Of a DNA stretch of 64,000 nucleotides, positions 47,525 through 58,200 are shown one piece after another. The notes beneath the pieces are model-generated. The model had not been told where the DNA came from. It searched no databases and saw only the letters and a program-made list of their open reading frames with translations. The stretch spans positions 40,369 to 104,368 of the IMG/VR virus record IMGVR_UViG_3300033153_010326; one strand, 5' to 3'. This DNA comes from a virus. How positions within the stretch are numbered: the stretch's first letter is position 1; each line of letters starts with the position of its first letter. The translations under genes and the position numbers were made by a program.

Positions 47525-48979
47525 TTATTCTGAAAGTTTAGCTCTAAATGTAACAGGGAAAATTTTTATTTGTCCAAGCTCTGTTTGACAAGATATTTCA
47601 GAGTTAGATTCATGTAATTTTAGGTCATATGGAGGATGAATGTCCCTATATTTTCTTGTTTGAGCAAAGCCCTGTAAACTAGTAAACAATTCTATTTTTT
47701 CAATACTCCATCCAGCACCAGTAGGAACACCTTCAAAATCCAAAATTAAAATTCCATTTTCTTCTTTAACCAAAATAGATTGAGATTCATTTTCACTACC
47801 TAAAGCATTAACTTTTAAAGTTGTATGTTTTATTTCTTCAGTTATTTCATCTTTTTTATACATATGAAAAAGTAAAAAACTAGTTCCAACAGAATATCCT
47901 GTTCCATAGGCATAAGGACTTAATGGGTTTTCTTCATAATAAAATTCTGATTTACGAGATTGAGTAAAATTATAAATATAGATTTTAGTTTTATTATTAA
48001 TTACTAATCCTTTTTTTGGTATATTATGAACTAAATATTGAGTAATTTCAGACCTATTAGTTCCATCTAAAGTATATATGGGTTCATCTGTTAAAGTAGC
48101 AAAATTTTGAATCTGATTATCAGTAGTAATTTTATTAAAAGTCTCATCTTCTGTAACTAAATTTGTTATTTTAAAATTACTAGAATAAGAAGTTGACCCA
48201 TCCAAATTTTTACCTTGTCGAACAATCTCAATTCCTTGAGGAGTCATGTGCCAATCTACATATCTATTTGTATTTAAAAGTTTAGTCTCTAAAATCCAGG
48301 TTCTTTTGTTCGTTATAATATCATATTCTTTGAATTGTATCTTATTTAGTTCTGTATCTGTATCAAGAAAATTAGGTTCGTCTTCAAGCCAATTTTCTAT
48401 CCAAAATCCAAATAACTGATGTCTTAAATCTTCAATATGACTTCCTTTTATTACAAACAATTTTTCTTTATCTTCTCCTATTTTAGGGTCTGTCCAATCT
48501 GTTTTTGTAATTAATTGATTTCCTCCAATTATTTCATAACTTAAATAATCTTCTAATGTCATTCCACTTTCTTCTAATATTCTTTCTGTAGATTCTCTTA
48601 ATTCTACAATATGTTTTACATTCCATTGAGCTATACCCGAATCTGTGATTTGAATAGGACTAAATTCCGTAACAGATACACCAATATCAAGTTCTTGTTG
48701 ATTTCTTAAATCTTGAATTTCTTGTATATGATTATTTCTTGCTTGAGTAAATCCTACATGGTTAGCTTTTATACTAGAAACCTCTTCGTTTTCATCTACT
48801 AACCAACTATAATTTGCTCCTTTTGCATTTAAAATAGGGTCATCATGTTCCCAAAAATGAATTCCTAATTCTATTAAATCATCTTTTTCAAGTTGAGATA
48901 GTGGAATTACTTCTTCTCCTACTTGTTTTCCAATTGGAGTAAAACAATAAGGACATAGAACATATTTAAGATTTGGCAT
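47525..48979 (-). CDS. Putative virion/tail protein
   Basis: 484 aa, last gene of tail operon; repeated H(I/V).ELR-type motif. Confidence 0.55.
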   Translation of the reverse strand: MPNLKYVLCPYCFTPIGKQVGEEVIPLSQLEKDDLIELGIHFWEHDDPILNAKGANYSWLVDENEEVSSIKANHVGFTQARNNHIQEIQDLRNQQELDIGVSVTEFSPIQITDSGIAQWNVKHIVELRESTERILEESGMTLEDYLSYEIIGGNQLITKTDWTDPKIGEDKEKLFVIKGSHIEDLRHQLFGFWIENWLEDEPNFLDTDTELNKIQFKEYDIITNKRTWILETKLLNTNRYVDWHMTPQGIEIVRQGKNLDGSTSYSSNFKITNLVTEDETFNKITTDNQIQNFATLTDEPIYTLDGTNRSEITQYLVHNIPKKGLVINNKTKIYIYNFTQSRKSEFYYEENPLSPYAYGTGYSVGTSFLLFHMYKKDEITEEIKHTTLKVNALGSENESQSILVKEENGILILDFEGVPTGAGWSIEKIELFTSLQGFAQTRKYRDIHPPYDLKLHESNSEISCQTELGQIKIFPVTFRAKLSE

Positions 48980-48991
48980 TGTTATTTATTC

Positions 48992-49534
48992 CTATTCTTC
49001 ATCAGGAGCATATACGGCATAAAATCTAAAACATTGTTTATCTTTATCCCATACAATATTAGGTTCATCACTATCTCCATATATTGTTCCTATTTGTTCT
49101 ATTCCATTATCATCTTTTTTAATAGGAGGGTCTGTTCCCCAAAATTGTTGGCAATGTTTACTATAATCATCACTTTCATCCCAATCAATATTATATTCTA
49201 TAAATTCTAAAGTATTAATATCTAAAGCCCCTCCTGCATATCTAGAATGGCTATGCCTATGATAACCTATAGTTGGGTCTGTTGGGGGTTTTAATCCATA
49301 TGGAGGAAACTCTAATTCTGCATTATTCCAGGGCATAAAATTTCCATAAGTTCCTCCTAATCCTGTTTTTAAATCTACAGAAAAATTATTACTTATATCT
49401 TTACTTCCTCCAACTATAGTATAAGGATTTGGATTAGAATCTTTAGGAGTTTCACTTTCCATAGTATTTATTCTAGATTTTAATTTAATAATTTCCCGTT
49501 CTAATTGATTAATTTTTTCATTTATATATCCCAT
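48992..49534 (-). CDS. Putative tail protein
   Basis: N-terminal coiled coil; tail operon context. Confidence 0.55.
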   Translation of the reverse strand: MGYINEKINQLEREIIKLKSRINTMESETPKDSNPNPYTIVGGSKDISNNFSVDLKTGLGGTYGNFMPWNNAELEFPPYGLKPPTDPTIGYHRHSHSRYAGGALDINTLEFIEYNIDWDESDDYSKHCQQFWGTDPPIKKDDNGIEQIGTIYGDSDEPNIVWDKDKQCFRFYAVYAPDEE

Positions 49535-49543
49535 ATTACCTCG

Positions 49544-52282
49544 CTATGCCTTTCTTATAGATGTTGTAGTCATTCCTTCTCCATGAGAAGGTATACTTAC
49601 AGTTCTTTTAAAATATCTAAAATTTTCTACATCAATATCTACAGTAAAATCATTCATATTATAAGTTAAAGATGTAATATTTAAAGGAGAATCTAATATT
49701 CCATCTACCATTATTCTTTTGTTTAATTCAATTCCATAAAATATACAAGCATCTAAAGTTATTTTAATTGTACCTGATACTTTTTTATCAGCAGTTTCGC
49801 TTAATTTCCAATAAGCCATATCTTTAGCAAAATTAGTATCATTCCAAGTAGGAGTAGAAACATATATAAAATCTCCTGTACTAGATAGTTTACGAGATAC
49901 AATTCCTCCTTGTATTGACAAACCTGTAAGATTTAAAGTATCTAAAATAGTTGTAGGATAATCTCCAACTTTATCTGTAAAAAACATTAAATCATTTGAA
50001 ATATCTATTTCAGGATTATCTGCATCAGTTTCTGTACGAGTTATCCAAGTTTGTCTATATATAAGTACAGTTACACAAGGAGCATATAATTTATCCATAT
50101 GCCCATCTGCATCTTTTGTATAATAATATAAAGGGTCGTTTAAAGTTAAAATTCCTTCTTTAAAATCTATAGAAAATCCTTCACTTAATACTCCATCTCC
50201 TCCTTTTACAGAAGGAATACTTACTCCAGCACCAAAAGGTCTAGTAATTTCTACTTCAGGAGGTAAATAATCTGTCCAAGATTCCAATGTAGGATTAACT
50301 ATTCTATATTTTTTAAATACATCTGCATAAGCAGAGGATGTTGGATGATAATCAAATCCCTTCCCTTCATATTGTCCTCTTCTTGAAAATATTTCTTGCC
50401 CCGAATCCCACATAGGTATAGCCCTAACTCTACTTACTCCTATAATTCTACTAGTATATTCTCTTACTTCTCCTTGACTCCCAGGATGTCTTATAATTTG
50501 GTCTCCCATTTGAACTCTTAATTTATTAACTACATTTTCAGCAGATTCTGTTATATCATGACTTAATACTTGATACAGTTCTAAATTTTCTCCTAATTTT
50601 TGAGGTTCTAAATTTATTATAGACCCTCCATTAGCTGTCCAAAGTTTTTTATTTTCTTCTTCATCATAATACCAATCAAAATTACCACAATTTTGTACCA
50701 TTGCAGAAATAGCATTACTTCTACCTGTACCAAATAAACTTGTTGATTGAGGTATAAAATTTCCTATTCCGAAATTAACTCCCACAGAAGCTAATCCTTC
50801 CGACATAGTTCTATAATATAATTCACTATTATCTGAAGCACTATGTCCAATATCAAACCAAACTTTATTTCTGTTATCTAACCAATATTTATCTTTACAA
50901 TTAATTTGGATTTTTTCTGGAGTATCTGTTGGAGCAATAAAAGTGATATAGCCTTTATATATTACAATATCCTTATATTTAATTAATACTGTTGCTTCTA
51001 AGTTTGGGCGATTAGCATCATAAGCTCTTTCTAAGTCAAAAGTAATAGTATGAGCAGAGCCTGTGGTTTTTAAAATTTTAATAGTATCTATATTTATATC
51101 TGTTATTTCTACATTATCAAAATAAATTTTTAGATATTTTTTACCTAATGACTGTATACCTAAATCTCCAGCAACTTGCCAAGGTAATCTCATCCTAAAA
51201 TCATTAGTAACATCATTTATAGATTGTGCTCTCATATTAAATTTATTATCTACATCTGATAAATTATCATATGCCATATGAAAAGCCATGTTCATATCGT
51301 TTAATTCTAATTTAGCTGTATTTAATTTTTGTATAATATCTATTAATTCTGTTTTTACAGTATTAAATTTATTATCTACATCATCTATTACTTGAGAAGC
51401 AATATTTATTTTATTATCTATATCTTCTATTTCTTGAATAACACTTCTAAAATCATTATCTAAATCTTTCATTTCCACATATCCAGCAATAACTTCATCA
51501 GTTAAAGATAAAGTAATATCGGGTTGGGATTTTTCTAAACTTATATTAGTTTCTAATTCGTCATTTAAATTTAAAATTTCATCTAAATATTCTTCTCTCC
51601 TATTTACAATAATCTTATCACTTAATCCTAATTGTTCTTCTATTTCTACAATAAATCTAAATTGAATAGTATCTGAAAGAGAAAGAGTTTCTTCTGATGA
51701 TTGTATTAATGCTGGTTGAATTATAAAATTCTCAGAATAACCAGTTGCAAATTTACTTCCTGCTCCTGCTGTAATACCAAAACCACAATGTAAATACCTC
51801 CAAGCAGTATCATCTGCTCCTGATATTCCTGGGTCTAAAGTATCTAAACAATCAGTATCATTTATTCTATCTTCTTCGGAACTATAAATTTTTACATACA
51901 TTCTATCAACAATTCTATATATTTTTAAATAATATACAGTATCTATAGTTCCTATATAAGTAGACGTTTGATTATTACTTCTAGCAACAATCCAGATATT
52001 TCCACTTCCAATATCACTTAAATAAACAAGTTGTCCTGATAAACCAGCACTTGCTTGATTATTTAATTTAAAAACTCCCATTAAACTAGAAGTATCACTA
52101 GAAGTATCCATTCTAACATCAAACCATATCTCATAATCTTCAAAATATCCAGCTCCATAATCTTTATAAACATAACTATTATTATAAGTTTCAAGACCTG
52201 TTGCTGTATTCCTAGATATAGTTTGAGACCAAACATTATTAGGGTCTACTTCTGTGAAGGTTGTAAGATTTACAATTTCCAT
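49544..52282 (-). CDS. Tail tip/hub protein with N-terminal lectin-like domain and repeat stalk
   Basis: beta-rich N-domain, 14-aa repeats, hub-like YKGYI...INCKD region. Confidence 0.65.
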   Translation of the reverse strand: MEIVNLTTFTEVDPNNVWSQTISRNTATGLETYNNSYVYKDYGAGYFEDYEIWFDVRMDTSSDTSSLMGVFKLNNQASAGLSGQLVYLSDIGSGNIWIVARSNNQTSTYIGTIDTVYYLKIYRIVDRMYVKIYSSEEDRINDTDCLDTLDPGISGADDTAWRYLHCGFGITAGAGSKFATGYSENFIIQPALIQSSEETLSLSDTIQFRFIVEIEEQLGLSDKIIVNRREEYLDEILNLNDELETNISLEKSQPDITLSLTDEVIAGYVEMKDLDNDFRSVIQEIEDIDNKINIASQVIDDVDNKFNTVKTELIDIIQKLNTAKLELNDMNMAFHMAYDNLSDVDNKFNMRAQSINDVTNDFRMRLPWQVAGDLGIQSLGKKYLKIYFDNVEITDINIDTIKILKTTGSAHTITFDLERAYDANRPNLEATVLIKYKDIVIYKGYITFIAPTDTPEKIQINCKDKYWLDNRNKVWFDIGHSASDNSELYYRTMSEGLASVGVNFGIGNFIPQSTSLFGTGRSNAISAMVQNCGNFDWYYDEEENKKLWTANGGSIINLEPQKLGENLELYQVLSHDITESAENVVNKLRVQMGDQIIRHPGSQGEVREYTSRIIGVSRVRAIPMWDSGQEIFSRRGQYEGKGFDYHPTSSAYADVFKKYRIVNPTLESWTDYLPPEVEITRPFGAGVSIPSVKGGDGVLSEGFSIDFKEGILTLNDPLYYYTKDADGHMDKLYAPCVTVLIYRQTWITRTETDADNPEIDISNDLMFFTDKVGDYPTTILDTLNLTGLSIQGGIVSRKLSSTGDFIYVSTPTWNDTNFAKDMAYWKLSETADKKVSGTIKITLDACIFYGIELNKRIMVDGILDSPLNITSLTYNMNDFTVDIDVENFRYFKRTVSIPSHGEGMTTTSIRKA

Positions 52283-52307
52283 ATTTATTCCTTTTTAATA
52301 GTTAAGA

Positions 52308-52775
52308 CTAACCTACTGTAATTGTAAATTTAAGATATAATTCTGTATCGGCATCTACATTTTTAGTAGTAAATAAAGCCCTATTAAACATTACAGAACC
52401 TGTTTCAGTAGCAGAATCAAATAAACCAGCTTCTTCTATAGCAAAACTTTCTCCAGTACCAAATGAAAAAGTTTTTTCAAAAGTAACTTCATTACCACTT
52501 CTAGCAATTGTAGCTAATTCTCTAGCAGATTCGTTTTTTAAAGCAGTATCTCCTACTACTACAGAATCTCCAGATTCAGATTCTCCTATAGCTATATAGG
52601 GAAAACCTGCTATACCTGTTTCTAAATTACCTAAATAATCTCCAACATTGTATTTTCCAGTATTAACTATGGTATTATGAGCTACTGATTTTTCTATAGT
52701 CTTTCCATCACGTCTTAATTCAGCAATAACATTAACATTTATAGGAAATTTTATATTATTCTTAGTTCTCTTCAT
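52308..52775 (-). CDS. Tail fibre attachment/collar-like protein
   Basis: HNTIVNTG...YIAIG...DTAL..E..R...IEEAGLF...G.MFNR. Confidence 0.7.
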   Translation of the reverse strand: MKRTKNNIKFPINVNVIAELRRDGKTIEKSVAHNTIVNTGKYNVGDYLGNLETGIAGFPYIAIGESESGDSVVVGDTALKNESARELATIARSGNEVTFEKTFSFGTGESFAIEEAGLFDSATETGSVMFNRALFTTKNVDADTELYLKFTITVG

Positions 52776-52787
52776 TGTATTCCTCCA

Positions 52788-53234
52788 TTATTTCCATTGA
52801 GACTCTCTTAATCCCCACGATTTTATTTTTTGAGAATCTGTTTTATATATTCGTTTAGTTAAATCGCTTAATTTGTATTTGTCTCCATCTTTTTCTGCTT
52901 TTAAAGAAATCCTATAACTAACAATTAAATCGTTTTTTCTGCCCATTATATAAAAATATTCAAGTCTAGGAATATTATGATTAATTTTTTCTGCTGTCTT
53001 ATTTTTAACATTAATTCTAGCCCAATCTTTAGTAGCTTCTACCATAAAATAATATAAATCATATCCATCTAAAATTAAATGGTCTCCTCCTGGTAATCGA
53101 ACAAATATACGTTTTATACTTTTATAGGGAACGTCTGTCCATTTAGTATCGAAAAAACTATTACCTCCTATAAATCTAGTATTATCTTCAAATACTATAC
53201 TATAAAGTGCATGAGTGATTTTCTCGCTCTTCAT
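52788..53234 (-). CDS. Hypothetical protein
   Basis: 148 aa, GGGAG RBS. Confidence 0.6.
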   Translation of the reverse strand: MKSEKITHALYSIVFEDNTRFIGGNSFFDTKWTDVPYKSIKRIFVRLPGGDHLILDGYDLYYFMVEATKDWARINVKNKTAEKINHNIPRLEYFYIMGRKNDLIVSYRISLKAEKDGDKYKLSDLTKRIYKTDSQKIKSWGLRESQWK

Positions 53235-53246
53235 AATTTTTCTCCC

Positions 53247-53411
53247 TTACTTTGGTAATTGACAACATTCTAATTTAATAGTAGGTATAGTTGCACCACT
53301 TCCCATTTTTATGTCTAATTGACTAATACATACATATCCTTCTTTATCTTCTATACCTAAATATTCTTTTACAAGGTCTATTAATTTAGCTCCAAATTGA
53401 ATATTATCCAT
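53247..53411 (-). CDS. Small hypothetical protein (54 aa, not in ORF track)
   Basis: GGAGG RBS; MDNIQFGAKLIDLVKEYLG... Confidence 0.55.
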   Translation of the reverse strand: MDNIQFGAKLIDLVKEYLGIEDKEGYVCISQLDIKMGSGATIPTIKLECCQLPK

Positions 53412-53451
53412 ACTTTCCTCCCTTATATTTTAAAGTTTATCATAAATACTT

Positions 53452-54111
53452 CTAATTCCAGGTAAATCTTGTACTGAGCACAAATGATACAACTTCAGGT
53501 GTAGCATAGCCAGCAGGTATTGTAATCTTTATATTAGCATACAATTCATGACTAGTTTCGCCAGTTGCTAATTCATCTAAAGCTCCATTACCTTCATTTA
53601 ATAATAATACATTATCATTTCCTGCTATAGAACTTCCAGCCCAACTTGCTCCTGGAAGTGAAGTTGAAGTAGCGATAGCTTTTAACATAGAATTAGCAGG
53701 TGTACCATTTCCAAGTACATGAGCGTCTGTTGTATTATGATTGGAATCATCCCAAGCTTCTAATTGAGGTTCGCTTGCTGTAGCTCCATCAAAACTAAAA
53801 TCAAATACAAATTGTTTATTTTCTCCCATACCAACAACTTCATGAGTATAATAAGCTCCTCCAACATTATGAGAATAATCCATAAGTAAACATAAAGCTA
53901 CATCTACATCTGCCGAAGCATCTATAATAGCGGAAGCATTATTAAGTTCTTTAGCTGTTGGTTCTGCTGTCATTAAATCTTTGACAGTAGCATCTCCTTT
54001 AGTCCAGATAATATAATCATGGTCAAGGTCTAAATCTATATATCCAGCTCCTGACTCTCCATATTCAAGGTCAGCATCAATATAATTGGTTCTAATTGTT
54101 AAATTAGTCAT
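53452..54111 (-). CDS. Virion structural protein
   Basis: Acidic, beta-rich; tail operon. Confidence 0.6.
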   Translation of the reverse strand: MTNLTIRTNYIDADLEYGESGAGYIDLDLDHDYIIWTKGDATVKDLMTAEPTAKELNNASAIIDASADVDVALCLLMDYSHNVGGAYYTHEVVGMGENKQFVFDFSFDGATASEPQLEAWDDSNHNTTDAHVLGNGTPANSMLKAIATSTSLPGASWAGSSIAGNDNVLLLNEGNGALDELATGETSHELYANIKITIPAGYATPEVVSFVLSTRFTWN

Positions 54112-54121
54112 ATTATTCCTC

Positions 54122-55219
54122 CTAGTAAGATAGCACTAAAAAATTACATTCGTATTCTTGTATTCCAGTTCTGTCCGATTGTGCAAATACAATTTCTTGA
54201 TTTCTAAAAACAGTATACTCCCAATCCGTAGTCCAATTTCCACCTGTTAAAGGTCTATGTTCCATACTTAATACTCCTGGTGGAGTAGTAATAGTAGTTC
54301 TCATAGTATTCATTAAGGTAGTTAAATCTTCATAACCATCTTCATCAAATAATTTTCCTCTAACTGTAATTTCATGACTTCTTTTTCCTCCAGGTATTTT
54401 AATAGACCCATCAGCTCTATTTCCATGATGTACTATATCTTTATTTTTAGGTTGAGGGTCGTCAATATGAAATACATAAGGTAATTTATATCCTTCACAA
54501 CATTCACATTCCACAGTAGGAACTACAATAGTATCTGGAGTAGCTCCTGTAGCATCTAAATCTACAGGAGAAGCTGAAAAATGATTATGATTTTCTACAT
54601 GAATACAATCCATATAACCATTGAAAAAATTGGCAACATTTTTTGTACCTATATATAAAATTCCTGCAAAAGTATCAATATCATTATCTTCAGTATAAGC
54701 TACTTGAGTTCCATCTAAATAAATTGCATATACATTTGCTATTTTTATTAAAAGTATATGATGCCAATCGGTATCAGTAATTTCAGTTCCAATCATTTCA
54801 ATTTTTGTATCTCCTCCAGAAATCATCCTAAAAACTAATCCAGTTCCATGAGCATGTGCAAGATACCATCTATCTCCACCGCCTTCATATTGTCCTATAT
54901 AATATTCAGTTCCAGAGTGGTCATTATGTTTTACGAAAAGTGATATATTTTGAGTATCAGTATTACTTCCACAAAAATCCCAATTATCAGAATCTGGAAT
55001 TGATAAAAAAGCAGTAGTTCCATTAAATACTCCAGCATGACTTCCAAATTTTTTAATAGTATTACTAAAAGTTACATCTGTATTGGTAACAATAGTACCC
55101 CCATTTGATTTATCAATTACATCATTATTAAGACGTAATAATAATTTAATAGCTTCATATTCTGCTAAAGCTGATTTACTTTTAAAAATCACTCTCACTT
55201 CATAATTTTTGTATCCCAT
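54122..55219 (-). CDS. Distal-tail-like protein with inserted LamG/concanavalin domain
   Basis: Follows tape measure; KFG...FNG, WHHI, IYLDG, FNGYMD. Confidence 0.72.
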   Translation of the reverse strand: MGYKNYEVRVIFKSKSALAEYEAIKLLLRLNNDVIDKSNGGTIVTNTDVTFSNTIKKFGSHAGVFNGTTAFLSIPDSDNWDFCGSNTDTQNISLFVKHNDHSGTEYYIGQYEGGGDRWYLAHAHGTGLVFRMISGGDTKIEMIGTEITDTDWHHILLIKIANVYAIYLDGTQVAYTEDNDIDTFAGILYIGTKNVANFFNGYMDCIHVENHNHFSASPVDLDATGATPDTIVVPTVECECCEGYKLPYVFHIDDPQPKNKDIVHHGNRADGSIKIPGGKRSHEITVRGKLFDEDGYEDLTTLMNTMRTTITTPPGVLSMEHRPLTGGNWTTDWEYTVFRNQEIVFAQSDRTGIQEYECNFLVLSY

Positions 55220-58200
55220 TATAACTCCTTTGGATTTTTCTTTATATGGTCTAAAGTGTCTTTTTTAAGTTGGTCAGAACGCTGTTTAAATAGTTCATCC
55301 CATCTTTCTGGTGTCATTTCTCCTTTAATATATACCTGAAAATCTCCCATATCTATATGATTATGAATTTCTTTTGGGGCTTGGACATCAGCTCTACGAT
55401 ACAATTTTACATCTCTCGTTTCACGAGCCATTCCCATTTGTATATCAGCTTCTGCTTGTAATCTTCCTATATTCTTTATCTTACCAGAAATACCAGTCAT
55501 TAATTCTTGTTGAGATAATTCTAATACTGATTTTTGAAGTTCTAAAAATTTTTCTTTAAGATTTTCAATTGCTTCAAATCCTCTTTTTTCCCAAGGATTC
55601 CAAAATTGATTAGCATCAAATTTCATTTGTTCTTCTACAGTTAATTTTAATCTAGGTTTTGGGAAATCAACTCCTAACTTAAAAATATCATTTCTGGTTT
55701 TATTAACTGCATCTTTGCTTTGAGAATTAAAATGACTAAAAAAATCATCTATTATTTCTCTATCAAATATATTAGTTCTATATTTCCAAGCTATTTGTTT
55801 TGGTTTTAATTGTGTTAATTCTATAGCTCTTTTTATACGACCACGTTCTAATTCATCTGCTTTTGCATATTGTCCAAATAAACCTGTTACTGCATCCCAT
55901 TCTTTTCTTTTTTCTTTAGTAATAGCAACTACTTTTTGTAATTCTAAATTTTTAAGTTGTAATCGGTATTGTTCTTCTCCTATCACTTCTCTCATTAAAT
56001 CTAATTCTCTTTTTTTCATATCAATAATATCTGATTCACTTGCTCCTAAAGTTTTAAGTATAGTTATTTGAGCATTTAAAATTTGGTCTTTAATAGTTCT
56101 TCTGGATTGTAATTCTTTTTCTATTAAATTATTATTTTCTTTTTGAACTCTTAATATTTCTTCTTTAATATCTAAATTTCCTAATTCTAAATCTAAAGCT
56201 TCCTCTTTAAATTTCGCTATTTCTAATTCACTTGCTCCTACTATTTTCATAAGATTTACTTGATGCTTAATAATTTGTTGGATTTCTTTATGAGTATCTC
56301 TTCTTACTTCTGTTGCTTGTACATCTGCTTTTTGTTTAACTGTGAAATTCATTAAAGTTCTTTTATCTGAGTTTATTTGTCGTTGAAATTCCTCATGTTT
56401 TTTCTGTTGTTCTTCTCTTGAAATTCCTGTACTTTCTATAAGAGCGTCAAGAGCTATTTTAAACATCCTTATTCCTGAAGATATATGTGCTCCTGCCACT
56501 CCAAAAGTACGAATATCAAATCCTACTGATTTGCCCATTGCTTCATCCATACTTCCCAATACAATATTAGCTTCAGATGTATTATCTCTTAATTTCGCAA
56601 TTGTTTGTACTAAAAGTCTCATATTAGCAGTATAAAAACCTACTTCTGAACCTGCTTGTCTAAATTGGTCTCTACTAGCTTCTAAATTATCATTTATACC
56701 TTTTATAGCTTGTGCTAATGTCATTCCAGCCAAAGCATTATTTAAATATTCATGAGCCACTATTGCTAAAAGATTTTTTAATCTTCCTAATTGTGCTCTA
56801 GTAGTTTCTTCTCTAATAGCTTTCATTCTTTTAGCAAAACCTTCAGCTTCTTCATTTGCTCTTTGAACTTGTCTTTTTAGTTCATCAAAATTGTCAATTA
56901 ATAAACGCACAGCTACACCTGCTCTAGTTGCAAAAACATCTTGAATCTTTTGACCTTGTTGAGCTGTAATAGCTCCTTGTGTTTTAATTTGTTTACTGAT
57001 TTGTTCTATAATCTCTAAAAATTTAATAGGTTTATTTGGGTCAAAAGTTATACCAAAAACATCTGCTAATTTACTAGAATTTTTAGTTAATTGTAAAATA
57101 GCTCTTCCAGTTAATCTTCCAGTTCTTCCTCCTCTTAATAAACGAGTATTTAAAAAACCTAAAGTTGTAATTATTTCAGTAAAATCATCTGATAATCCTG
57201 AAACATATGGAGCAAATTTAGTATAAGATTCTGTTAATTCTTGTAATTGAACATCTTGAGTATTTCCACACCATAAAGTTTTTCCGTTTCTTCTAACAAA
57301 TAAAGTATGATATTTTGGTACTTCTACACAATAAACTAATCCTTTATAATCAACCCATTCTTCAACAGAAGCTGTTTTTCTATTTTCTAGTTTAGCATAA
57401 TATTTATTCTTTTTATTATACATTAAAAATTCTGTTCTATTTGAAAACCCTATCATCCAATTCTCTCTAGTATTAGTCTTTATTCCTTTAATTTTTTTAG
57501 AAGTAGCTGGTCTTGTAAGATAAGTAGTACCATAATTGGCTTTTAACGCTATTTCTTGCAAATCATCTCTCATTTTTTTAGAACTGGTAATAATAACAAA
57601 ACCTTTTTTCTTAAAAGAACTATCTCCAAAAGCATAAGTTTGTAAAAATGCTCTTAATAAATCTTTCGATAAATTCTTAATACCATTAGGTATAAATTTT
57701 TCATATGATTTCCCAAATTGCTTGAGATATTGACAAAGTTGTTTATTATGAATATTAAACCCTCTATGAAATTCAGATACTGTATAAGGCATCTTTTTCA
57801 TTATAAGTTTTAAATCGTCCCAATATTTCGATTTTTTTGATTGATATATTGTTATCTTGTATGTAGGGTCGTCTCCTTCTATCCAAGTACAACAACCTTC
57901 ACTTAAATACCATCCTAAAAACTGTACCCATAATTTCATAGGAATTTTTTTAGCTTTTCTGTTTCCAGTTTTATTTTCTATTTCTGGTAATATGAAATAT
58001 TCTGGATTATCTCCTAACCAATTAGACCCACGATAAAAACTTTTAGGTCTTCCAAATACTTTTCCAGCTTCTGCTAAAACATAATTTTGATTTTTTGGTC
58101 TATAACCTACTTTAGTATATAATTTATGTTTAGGAGTTACTTTAATATCTGCAAATTTTCCTTTTAAATGACATAATTTGCCATCAAACCATTTTACTAC

